DNA from: Raillietiella orientalis
Lineage: Eukaryota
Assembly (NCBI GenBank): GCA_036172245.1
Contig: JAYWIR010000018.1
Coordinates: 1,674,001-1,738,000, forward strand
Reading direction: 5' to 3'
DNA length: 64,000 nucleotides
In this document: positions 23,401 to 34,600 of the stretch, piece after piece
Position numbering within the stretch: position 1 is the first letter of the stretch
How the letters are laid out: each line of letters starts with the position of its first letter
Notes under the pieces: generated by a model
Database searches by the model: none
The model's input: the letters and a program-made list of their open reading frames with translations, nothing else
Told to the model about the DNA's origin: nothing
Made by a program: the position numbers and the translations under genes

Positions 23401-24297
23401 TGATTCGGAATTCCTCCTCTTGTAGCGATTTTTGCTTCGCTGGTAGGGGGAAAAAGTAGCCTTCAGTCGGTCAGGATGGCTCTCCAGCAACACCTCGTAA
23501 AGCTTTCCAAGCGTTCGGAAAATTTTTTCATCTCGCCCCTGGACGTGGAATAACATAATTCACTCATTCATTTTACACTTTACGATAAATTTTACACTGC
23601 ACCGTGCTCGGCAGCGTTGTAAATCATCCGCTTCGCTCTGGAAGCTAATTGATAGGAATTTCCGTTCGGCGGGACGTTCCCGATGCCTGCGAAAATTCCG
23701 AAAATTTCGAATTTTCGCCTCCTTTCGCTCCCCGGGATGCGGATTCTTCCGGGAGCGATTATGGATTTCGGGGATCGCTTTCGCATCGCAGCTAAACCCG
23801 TGTTGACGTGTGCCCGCGCGATAATCTTCGGCTACTCTCAGCGTGGCCTCGGAGGAAAAGGAAGGAAAGAGAGAGAATGATGATCCTGTACTGAAATAAC
23901 CTCCCAATTGCTTTCAGGAACGCGCGTGTACAGTCCACCTGAATGGATCCGAGAAAACTGCTATTACGCCGTGCCTGCCACCGTCTGGAGCTTGGGTGTC
24001 CTGTTGTATGACATGGTGTGCGGGGACATACCTTTCGAGCAAGATGATCAGATTCTCAGGGCTAAAATCCATTTCCGTGTCCCTGTATCAGTTGGTTGTG
24101 AAGATGTAATCAGAAAGTGTCTCCAAGTGAAGCCTTGGGATCGCCCAGGACTTCGAGAATTGCAGCTGCATCCTTGGTTACGCCACACTGACTCTCTCAC
24201 CATTCCATATCCGCCAAAAACTGTACCAGAATCCCACAGTGCCAGTAGTTTGGATAGTCAGGACTCACTGGATTATTGGAATCATTCCAGAAGTTGA
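19401..24297 (+). CDS. pim: Pim-family serine/threonine kinase, spliced: join(19401..19455,20121..20290,20507..20770,20829..20928,23918..24297), 969 nt, 322 aa
   Basis: All four introns are GT..AG with matching phases (1,0,0,1). The joined ORF has GNGGFGLV (Gly loop), VAIK, the Pim-type hinge [39 protein letters not shown] and [19 protein letters not shown]. It cannot be assigned to a specific vertebrate paralog (PIM1/2/3). Confidence 0.95.
20121..20290 (+). CDS. pim: Pim kinase coding exon 2 (Gly-rich loop, VAIK)
   Basis: Acceptor tttcag|, translates [56 protein letters not shown], donor GT at 20291. Confidence 0.95.
20507..20770 (+). CDS. pim: Pim kinase coding exon 3 (alphaC to HRDIK)
   Basis: Acceptor cgccag|, [16 protein letters not shown]...[13 protein letters not shown]...HRDIK, donor GTAAG at 20771. 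Confidence 0.95.
20829..20928 (+). CDS. pim: Pim kinase coding exon 4 (DENIL...DFGSG...YTEFD)
   Basis: Follows a 58-nt intron with a polypyrimidine tract and ccag|; donor GTAAG at 20929. Confidence 0.95.
23918..24297 (+). CDS. pim: Pim kinase coding exon 5 ([10 protein letters not shown] to stop)
   Basis: Acceptor ctttcag|, phase 1 completes the Gly of [13 protein letters not shown]; encodes the kinase C-lobe and a Ser-rich tail; TGA at 24295-24297. Confidence 0.95.
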
Positions 24298-24589
24298 TGA
24301 TGGCTTAATTCTTAGGATGCAAAAAATTATTTGTTCATTAAAGTTTGAAGTTTCGAGTTTTCCTGTATGTGCGGCGGGTAGGAGTCGACCGGTGCGGTGT
24401 ACTCTTTTGCAGAGTCACGCGCTTTGCAAGAGTACGGAGCTGCTGCGGTTGTTTTTGTACAGAACCGTTGGAGAAGCCGGAGTGCAATTCTGCTGCTGTG
24501 CTGTGCTATTTTCACTGCCATTGTGGTTTCACAAATCCTCGGCTGATCAGCAAGCATCAGCGATGTCGTGTGTTCGTCCAGCTTACTGC

Positions 24590-24655
24590 CGTATTGTGTA
24601 TATTTTTTTAAATTGTGGGATTTTTTTCACACCGAAATACATGTATTTATTATGG
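24590..24655 (+). promoter_or_regulatory. AU-rich stretch in the presumed Pim 3' UTR (TATTTATT at 24644-24651)
   Basis: A single ATTTA in a U-rich context. Pim mRNAs are known to be ARE-destabilised. The UTR end is not defined. Confidence 0.3.
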
Positions 24656-25639
24656 ACTTTATCCCCCGAAGTCGCCACACAATGCACGGTGATTAAGGAA
24701 GGACCAAACCCCTCCTCTCATCTCCTCTCCTCATCCTCCTCTCCTCTTCATCCTCCCCCTTAAAAAAAAAAAAAAAAAAAGAAAAAGAAAAGAAAAGAAA
24801 AGAAAAAGGAAAATGCAACGCTTGGGAGCAGCTCTGTCCCCCCCCCCCCTGCTCCCTTGCTTGACGGGTTCCGTGCCGAGCGAAAATCGGGGGGGATACC
24901 GCGCGCGCCTTTCACGTATGCCCTGCGTCTCCTTCCACAAACCAAACAAGGGGGCTCAAATCTTCTTGGCGCGGGTGGATCCCCGCTCGTGCGATTCGCC
25001 TCTCCCTCTGACAAAAATCCAACGCCCTGTGCATCATTTATGTGGGGATGAGCGAGCGGCCCTGCCTCCGTACGGCCTGCTCCCGCGGAAGGAATTTCGC
25101 CGGCAAAGTTCGATCGGCTTATTGAATTTCTAATGCACAATTAACGGGATGTGCATGTCGACCTCGCTGCAGGCTAATTGAGAGGGAAAAGCCTTCCCAG
25201 AACGAGGACGGGAAACACCGAAAGGACCGATCAGCGCGCTCCCTGCAAGCGAACTTGGCCCGCGAGCGGGGGCCTTCTCACGCGTGCCCGCTGATCGCCG
25301 GCAGCGAAGAAGCAATCTTCACCCTCCTTTCTCCGAGTTCTGGAGACGCCCGCTCGGGGGAGGAGGGGGAGGAAGCCCACTCGAGCGTTCGGCTCCAGCG
25401 GGTCCGCTTGCCGCGGACGTCGCAAAGTGCGGCGGCATTTCGGGACGGAACCGTTCGCGCGAGAGTAGCGGATATGACTCCGCTGGCCTCGGTGCGCGTA
25501 ACCACGAGAACCGTCATGCGGCCGTGAAGTCCTATCGATCCCAGGGGTCAGGTTGTCCTTTAAGTGCCCTCCGGGTCACCGTGTCTCTCCTGACAGAAGG
25601 CACTCCAACGTATCTCTCTCTCTCTATCTCTCTCTCGAC

Positions 25640-25822
25640 AAAGAAAGGTGAGCCGAACTTGCAGCAGTGGAAGAGGAGCCACCCACTGGGAAGGAAATCT
25701 TCCTCCCGAGCCATGCTGGTCCCGCAGCCGCAACTTCAGCTCACATGTTGCTTCGGGATCACAGGCGCAGCCCCGCCTTATCATCTCCGCGCCTTTCGAT
25801 TTTCGCCAGGGCGTTTATTTAA
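25640..25822 (+). mobile_element. Family B 3' fragment (..PPYHL..FRQGVYL)
   Basis: WKR..P, PPYH and RQGVYL correspond to WRREEP, APYH and RRGVYL of the 340-1698 copy; it abuts the tail of the long A copy. Confidence 0.55.
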
Positions 25823-28620
25823 AAAAAAAACAAACAAACTCTAAGACGTGCTGTGGCTGGACCAGTGCTCCAGCCACGCCTGAAGAAACACAGAGCCTGC
25901 CGTGTCACGGTTCGCAGACCGGTACGGTCCACCACGGCAGCAGGGGGGAAGGGGACAAACAAAAAGCTAAACAAAAAGAAAAGAAAACGTGGGAGGGTGC
26001 GGGAAGGAATCACTGTTGCTGCTGGGGCCGGTGAATCCTTCGTAGGATGCTGGCAAGCTCTTGCTGTATGCTTGGATCCAGGTGGGTCCATCGCGATGCC
26101 CTCAAAAATTCGGCGGCACGCTGGATGGCACCCTTATCGCGAGGTCCTCCCGTCGCCTTGCTCCAAGCGCCGACGATCCCGCGAAGGCAGCACAGGGCTG
26201 CTAACGAGGCCGCAGGCCCGAAGGACGTCGGCAACAAAGAGGCCTTTTAAAGCATCCCTGGGGTTGACGCAGGGGATTCCGATGGCCGCGGCAAAGCGTA
26301 GCCAAAGGGGCCGAAGGGCCACTCAATCTACAAGGAGGTGAGGGAGGGACTCCCTTTCCCCACACCTAACACAATTAGGGTTCACCGCTCCCCAGTTCCA
26401 ATGGTGTCGGCGGGCGTCGTAAGGGAGCCCCCGATGCTGCAACAGTAGAGCCGACTCCTGCCATTTTAAGGGGAGGGCGGAAGTGTGTTCATGAGCACCG
26501 GGGGCCACATCAGATGTTTTATCGAAACATCGAGCAGCGCGCCCCAGCGCAGAAGTCCATGGGAAGGCGTACTCGGGGTCGCAGCGTCAGTCAGCTGACC
26601 CGTCTTCCACTCTCCCTGCTTCTTCTTTCTGGAGATGGTTGCTTTAACCTCCCACTTCGCCGCAACATCGCTGTCCTGATCTTCCACTAGGGAGGCCAGC
26701 GCAGCAGCGAGGGGGGTTCTACCTGACCACGCTCTCTTCTTTGGATCCTCCAGGATCTCTCGGAGCGTGCAACTCTGTAGCACCCAAACAGGAACCGTCG
26801 TTCCTGTTGGGCGCGTTGCATGCCGCACTGTGTCCACGTGCAAACGGTTTCTGCAACCAGGCACTACCGTTCGCGGGGCGACAGGTGATCCATCCGTGTT
26901 TTTTCCGAACCAAGGCAGCCACCCTCCGCAGATGGAGCCCACATCCGTTGATGCGGGAGCGATGGAGTGAAAGAAAGGACGTGAGTCCCGTCTTGCCGGT
27001 GGCTTGCTTGACGAGAAGGCGTGCAGGGACGCACCAGGAGGTGCACCACAACTCCGGCACAACGGCCATCATTCGAAACTGGAGCTGAAGATCCAGCCGC
27101 TCCAACGTCAAGAAGCCTAGACCGTCATCCCGACGCGGAGCGCACAAGTCCTTCAAGCGGACTCGGGCCCTCCCGTTGCCCCAAAGGGCGATAAGGAGGA
27201 GGTCATTCGTCTGCTTTTTGATCCTCTCTGTGGGGGAGCAAACAAAAAGCAGGGGGCAGAGGAGAGGAGCCGCGAACGCGTTCCAAACCGCGGCTCGTTC
27301 CTGCAGGAAAAACCTGCCATCTTGAAACGGGTCGATCGCCGTCTCTACTTTCTGGAGGCAGCGGGACCACGCTTCCGCAGGGGAATAGTCCCCCAACCAA
27401 GGTACTTGAAGTACCGTGGGGATCCCCAAGCGGATCCAGTCCTGCTGCCCTGCCCACGCCGCACCAACTGGCATCACGAACGACTTCGCCCAGTTCACCC
27501 GTAGTCCCGTCCCGCGGTTCAGCAGGTCGAAGAAGCCCTCGACCTCTGAAGCCGGGGTGGACATGGGGAGCAGCAGCAGAAGGTCGTCCGCGAATGCTGA
27601 CACCGCAGGCGTACCGGGACAATCGCGCGGCAGGTGCGCCAGAGTTTCCCTGTACGCTCTCAGTACCAACTCGAAGTAGGTACTGAAGAGCAAGGGGTTC
27701 AGGCTGTTTCCCTGCCGTTTCCCACGCCGCACCGGCACGCCGTGCACGGTTTTCCCTCTGAAAGAAAGCTTGATGATCGCGTCGCGCCATCTGGGGCACA
27801 GATAGGCCACTAATGAGGCTGGGAAGCCCAGGGGTTCCAGAAGCTCCAACAGGAGTTTCTGGTCGACGCAGTCGAATGCAAGTCGACCAGACCACAAGGA
27901 CTCCCTCCCCCACCCGACCATCCGGTCCCTTGCCGACGGACGCACCGGAATTCCGGTTGCGCATCAAGCCCCTTTCATGTTGGAGCTCCAGCCAGGTGGA
28001 AGCGTGGAACAGGTTAGCCTCCATGCTCCGCCCGGGAACAGAACATGTCTGTTCCGGGCTGATGAAGGCGTTAGCAACCCATCCCAGACGCTCAGCCCAC
28101 AACTTAGCCAGCAACTTGGCGTCCACGTTCACTATTGTGATGGGATGCCAGTTGTTCATGCTCTTCAGATCTCTCGGAGAGAGGGGGGAGCCTCACCTTT
28201 GCCGAGCGAAACGAGGCGGGAACGTCACCTGTTTCGCGGATCAGCAAGGTGAATTGATATACCAGGGGGGCTAAGCTCTGCTGCGAAAGTTTGATAAAAT
28301 TCCGCGAGCAGGCCGTCCTCCCCTGGAGCCTTGCGCCTCTTGAGCTTTCCGATGGCCGAGAGGATCTCGGCCATCGTGAAAGGCTCGTCGAGGGTCCTTT
28401 TCTCCTCCTCCCCGATCTCTGGAACGCCTCCCGGGAGCAGGAGTCGTACGACATCCCGCTCGAGAGGCGTTCTTGCGTACAGGGAGGAATGAAAGCACTC
28501 CAGAAGACCGCGAATCTGAGTGGGTGCCGAGTGCTCCCGGCCCTGATCGTCCAGCAAGCTGGCCGATCCGGACTGCCAGGATTGCCTCTCGGCTCCCTCT
28601 CTATACTCCGCGAGCCTGCG
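25823..28620 (-). mobile_element. Family A L1/Tx1-like non-LTR retrotransposon, longest copy: frameshifted ORF2 (RT + C-terminal CCHC finger) and 3' UTR; no endonuclease domain recognised
   Basis: Ordered motifs across frames: KAPGEDGLLAEFY (~28280), NWHPITIVNVDAKLLAK and ISPEQTCSVPGRS (~28030-28155), AFDCVD, RRGKRQGNSLNPLLF, AFADD (27583-27597), GLRVNWAKS, WLG, and CVRCGERESLPHLLVD* (26323-26373, last Cys mutated to TGA). The T-rich 3' UTR has hairpins. Confidence 0.92.
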
Positions 28621-31600
28621 GATGTCGGGGTCCTTGCGTAACGTGGGGCCTGAAGGTAGCATCTTTCGAGAACCGCCTCGACGGGAGTCTTGCCGATCGA
28701 TTCCCTCCGCGGCCACCGGGAGCGTGGTCGCCGCTGAGCCTCACGCCGTAAGCGCGCCACCCCTTTCGTACCGTACGCGAGAGAGCGAGCCCGGTGCGTC
28801 TTCCGCACGCGCGCGTTCCGCCGCGCGCCCCGAAGGCTTCCTCGAGAGGGCTCCATTTTTAGACGGGGCTGCTCTTCGGGAGCAGCGCGCCGGCAGGAAG
28901 GAAGGAGGTCTCGGTTGCCTGAACGGAGAGCGGAACTTTTTCCGAGCGGTGGCAGCCTCTGGACCATAACGAGCGGGCGGAGGTTCCGATAAGATCGTCC
29001 CGGGATTCCAGGATGTCGGAGACGCTGCGGAATCGGGACCATTCATGCAGAAGCGGCGCACATCCCTCGCGGCCACGATGCGACGACGCGTGCTCCCGCA
29101 GATCACCGCCTCCTCTTCTCCTGCCCATCCCTCGTCGGCAGGGGCCGCTCGTAGTGCAGCGCGCGGGATGCTCCGGACTCGCCAGCCCCCCTGTGTTCCG
29201 AGGTTCCCCCTCTCTCGCTGCCACTTCGAGGCGACGGATCCCCCCCATTCCGCTCCTGTCGCCTCCAGTCCCTCCTCTTCTCTTCGTCGGTCGCCAGCGT
29301 TTATTAACAGGCGTCAACGCATCTGTCGCGCCAGCATGCCGGTATTGTTCTTTCGGAACCATGCCGGGTGGCTCTAATTGAAGTGCCTCTGCCGGCAATA
29401 AATGCCATCTGTAAGTGTGGCACCAGTCGCGTCATCTCCTTCCCTGCTCTTGGCCGCCGCGCGTTTTTTTTTTTTTTTTTTTCTTTGCCACCGCGCGCGC
29501 GCGTCCAACTATGGATTCCCTCTCCGAGTGGTGTCGTCCCGTTCTTCCTGGAGATCCCAAGTCGCTGGCTTCTCTCCCCCTTCCCACCGCCGCCCCCGGC
29601 GCACATGTTGACGCGAACCGCGGCCGCCACTCCGGCACGTTGCCCTCCACCACTACCTCCAAGCGCCGGGTTCTCGTCCCGTACCATCTCCCGCGCCCTC
29701 CTTGTGCTGCGTGAGCCGAGGTCCGAGGGCCCTGCCGCCACCCTCCCCCTCAACCCTTCGGCGCGCGAGGTCGTTCCCCGTTCCTCTTCCTTTCATCCAC
29801 GGGAACACCGGACGCTCCGGACGGAAGCCGCAGCTGCCGGGCGCACAGTCCCGTCGACGGCAGCTCCGGTTTCTCCTCCGCCCCTCTCTGCTCGCGTGTC
29901 CGGTCCCACTGGCGCTCTAGCTCCGCCGGCCTGGAGCTCGGGCGAAATCCGGAGGCGGGAAGAGAGACCCGTGCGATTGTTCGGTTCGGCCTTCCTTCAC
30001 CTGCCAACTCCCTCAGAGTTCCCTGGTCGAATGCCCTGGAGCGGGTCTCCTGTTCCTGATGACCACCGACTGATCAGTGAAATTCCATCGGGACGTCCCT
30101 CTTCGACCTTTTCCCCGGGGGCGTAGTTCTGGGAGGCTGCGCTCCATGGAGGTACGAGCGAGCAGCCGCTCCACGAAGCCTCGGAACCGCGGGCAGAGGG
30201 GTCGTTGACGCTGCGTCCATGAGAACCTCCCTTTCGTCCTCTAAGGAGGGTCACGTCCGCCAGCGTCGTAAGCCAAGATACTCCTCAGGATACCGGCGGA
30301 GTTATCCTGGGAGCTGCGCCAGTTTTCCCTGAGCTGGGAGGGAGAGGAGGAGGACACGCCCTGACTTCGGGTCCGGACGAGACGAGCCCTCGATTCCGTC
30401 CCATCCGGCCGGTCGCCGACCAGAGCCTCGTCTCGGCGCGCCCTGCTAGCGGCAGTTCCCTCCTCCCCCTTCTCTTCGCCTCCTGGAACCCGTTTCCATG
30501 AGGGCCATGAAACGGGGCTCTTTCAGCGCGAGCCCTCTGGAGGACAAAGACGGGCGGGCGGCTTCCTCGAGGTCCGCCCGCTCACGTTCGGGACGCAGCC
30601 AGAGAACGGCTGCTGCCCCCAACAGTTTCCATAGCAAAGGAGGTGCTCAAGCGATCGGAAGGTCATGATGTCTCACCATGCTCGCCTGGAGGAATTGGTC
30701 CAGCCTCGTTCGTCCCCAGGAGAGCCCGCTGCTTCTGCATGGATCCCACAGACCAAACAAGGGGGTGTCGAAGACCGCCGCAGGTTGCTCGCAGGGGCGG
30801 CGGTCTTCGCCGCATGCGGTGGGTGCCGCTGCTAGGTGAGGGGAGAGAGAGACGCGAGTCGAGAGGGGGAGGGAGGGAAGGGTGGAAGCCCCCCGGGCTC
30901 TCGTGAAGACATCCCCCCCGCGAGGGCAAATCGGGCAGAATCGATGCAGCGAGGGAAGGGACGAAGGGAGTCGTCGGCTGTTCCCCTTCTGCGGAGTGAA
31001 CTCAGGGGGCGCCTCCACCCTCGTTGGTCTAGAAGCTCTGTTCGCGCTCTTTTATTTTCCTGCTGCCGGGGGTCCTTCGATCTTCACGTGCGCACACACG
31101 CGCACACGTGTACGCGCACTCACGCACGCATGCACGTGCGCCGCGCATGCCGCCAGGATCCTCTCTTCCTGACTTCACCCGGGCAAGATGGCTACCGCCG
31201 CCATGGTCTCCCGGCCGCCTGCGCGCCGTGGGGGAGCAGGTCGCTCAGAGGCAGCGCCGCTGCCACCACTTTCGCTTTCATTTCTCCACCTCCTGCCTTC
31301 GACGCTCGAGGCAGCGCCATCTTCTTGAGAAGCGGGCTGGCCGGTGCTCCCCCCGCGCTCTTGCCCGCCCATCGCCGCGGCTCCTCGTTCGATCTCGCAG
31401 AGGAGGAAGCTGCGAGAGGCTGCGACGCCACCGACGTCCTTCCTCCCTGAGGAGCGTCCGTTCTCACCACCACCACTGCCGGCTGTTTTTTTCTTCCCTT
31501 TTTTTTTTTCCCTCGGGAGACGCAAGAGCTCTCTCACAGCCTTGAGGAGGAAGGATCTCGGATGCTGCGCCGACTGGTTTCCGGCGGCTTCCGAAGGCGC

Positions 31601-34600
31601 TTTCCCCGCGGCGGGCTGCGCGAGTTGGTTCCAGACGAGGAAGTTGATGAGGACGCAGATCAGGCAGCGGGATCGACAGTGCACCATCATCGTGACGCCC
31701 TCCCGTATCCCGGATCGCCGGGAGGAGCACACCTCCCTTATTCCCTTGGGACTTTCCCGGAGATCGACCGGTGGACCCTGGCGCGACCTGCGGGGCTGGA
31801 TGATTTCCGAAACGGGGGAGCGCTGGGAACTTTCCGCGGGCGCTGGAGGCGGGGCGGGAGGGAGGGGGAAGAAGATCCTCCTCACTGACCCTGTCTGTTC
31901 CCCTTCCTGTGGTCCTCCTGGTCGGGATCTCGGAGAGAGAAACTGACCGGTTCCGTTGCCGCCTCTGTTCGCTGGATTCGTTCCCGGTTCTAACGCCCTT
32001 TCCCGGTTTCCGCTGGAGCGCACGCTCACGGACGCGGTCGAGAGGGCGGCCGGCAGCTCGCTCGCGGCGGGATCGGACCGATCGAGGGGGCGTTCCTTCC
32101 TTTACCCCAGGAGGGGGAGCGCGCGCGTCCCGCAGGTACGCTCGCCGGGAAAGTTTCCCTCCCTGCAGACGGTCTCCAGCAACGCTCGGATCAAGGAAGC
32201 GGGGAAGGCGAAGTAGGAGGCCTGCCGGCAGCTTTTTCCCGGGGCACGCGGAAGTGACCACCTTCCAGCATCCCTCCTGGCCTTGGTGAATCGTCTCTTC
32301 CCAGAGGGAGGCGCTTCCGTCGGTTTCTCCCAGCCTGCCGCCGCCGGCTGTTCCTGTTCTGCAAGGGTCGCCATCAGAGATCGAGTTGACCTTCGTGTAG
32401 TCCCGGCAGGGAGCGCGTTCGGTGGAGCTGCCTCCGCGACCTCCCTCATCGGGAAGTTCTGCGGACTCCAACTCTGAGCCCCGTTGGTCGAATCCAGGGT
32501 CCCTCAGAGCGCAGCTGCGTTAGCAGAGCCCCAAGTGCGCAGCGTCTGGGAACGGGGATCTCAGGGCGAGATCGGGACTTGGGGAAGAGGGACCGGCGCC
32601 AACCGGCTGGCTCCAGAGTTCCATGATCTTCTGGGGCATGCGTCCCCTTGGGGGTTCCTTCCCTTCTCCTTCCCACCCCCGGAAGGGGGAGAAGGGGAGC
32701 GGGGACGGTCGTGGTTTCCAGGAGGGGAGTGGTGTAAGACGCGTGCCGGCGCGCCCACGTATCCTCCGCGCGAGAGTGATTTCCCTCTCGCGGCAGCGCC
32801 GTGGGAGGGAAGTCGCGATGCGCCAGTCGCTCCCCGCGTCACGCGCGCGCACCAAGGACGGACGAAGAGGCCAGGAAGCCGGCGGCGACTCGTCCGAGGC
32901 CGCTGGCATGCGTGCGCGCGCGCCCCGGCGGGGCAGTTGGGCGCGCTCTGGGGAGAAGGGGAAGCAGGGGGGAGTCTCTCGTGCAGACGCTGCCGCCGCC
33001 CGCCCGCCAGCCACCACCGCGCTCCAGCTGCTGCGTCTTTCCGCTGTTTGCGCTCGCGTGAGCTTCCCGCCTGCAGACGCAGAGACCTCCTCTCCTCCCC
33101 CTATCCCTTCCCCCTCCCATCGCGCACAGCTGCGCGCGGGGATCCTCGCCGGAATGTCGCCACCTCGAGCTGGTCCCACTGCTGGCGGAGTGTGACGTGC
33201 CATGAGGCGAAAAGACCGCCGACGTCCCCGAGGACTTCCGGGGACGAGCGGAGACCGACAGAGAAGGGGAGGGGAGGGGAAGGGCAGCGGCTGCCGTCCC
33301 TGCTACTGCGGACCTGGAGTCGCCCGGCGTGGAAAGGAATTCTTCCCCCCTCACGCTGCTCCAGCGTCCGCGCCCCCTTGGCAGGATGTATGCCGGAATG
33401 CGATCCTCCCGGACCCCGCCTGCGGTGCAGCCGAGAGAGGGCCAAGCGAGAGACGACGTAAGGTTGGAGATCTTACAACGGGTGGCCGGGTACGAGCCAT
33501 TCCCCCTCCCCTCCTCCCTTTTCCATTCCTCCTCGAAAGGGCAACTCTCCCTGGCAGAAAAAGAAATGCACGGAACGCCTGAACCTTCCTCCATCCCCAG
33601 AGCGCGCGTGCGCACGTTCCCGGAAAGAGTTGCCCTGAGGGGAGGCAGAACACGGCCCACAGGCGCCCTTCTTTCCCCACGCGCTTCCGGTGTTCTTTTT
33701 TCCGAGATACCAGTGTCTCGGACACCGTTCCTAGCTCTTCAGGCAAACACGGAGGGAGCAACAAGCTTTCCCGTTCCGTCGTCCCACACACTCCTTCCCA
33801 CTCCGTCCCATTCGAAACTGCTGTTCCTTTTCTTCCCTTCTCGGGGACTCCTTGAGTCCTTCTTGGCAGGAAGAGGGTGCTCTGGATTGGTCATGACTGA
33901 CTGGCATCCCGGATTCGGTCTCCTATCTGCACGTCCCACGTAGGCTCACCGTGTCTACGCATCTTCCTCCCGTCTCACACGCACACACAAGAAAGCAAAA
34001 AAAAAGAAAAGCTGGCACCCCTGCAAGACGGGCATCCCCGCACGCGACTCCGCCCAGATTTCTCTGGCCGCGGTGACCGCCGTCTGCCATGCGGAACACG
34101 CGCGCGCGTTCATGGCCGAGGGTTCTAGGCAAGCACGCACGCTCGCACGCACGCACGCACGCGCTTTTACGCGCGCACTGCCCTCCCGCCGACTTGGACG
34201 CGCGCCAAAAACGCCGATCCTGCAGGAAGTGGGGCAACGACGGACCTGGTCTCCTCGAGAGCGGGCACGCGCGGCGCATCGCTGGGTGCGTGGCTCCCGA
34301 CTCTCGAGCAGTCCGCGGGATGCGTCTCCGTTGGCGCCGTGCGACCCTGAGATCGAGGCGGAAGGGGCGCGCAACAGCAGCTGCCGATCCGGCGTTGGCG
34401 TCGCCGGGGAAGGCGCGCGACGGCAGAGACCTCGAGGAAGGGGCACCTGCCGTGTGCGGCCTTCGACCCGCCCCTCCCGCAGCATGCAGGAGCCGTCCCA
34501 TCGCCGTATCGTACAAGGACGCGGAGCCCCGCCCTCCGCCGGGAGTCTTCCGGCATCCCGGAAACGCCGGGGTTTCCCATCCCCTCAAGCGGCTACCCCA

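Noticed and set aside
28620..29400. Expected APE endonuclease domain upstream of the long A copy
   Set aside because: No QE, GDFN or SDH motifs found by eye; treated as 5'-truncated or replaced.
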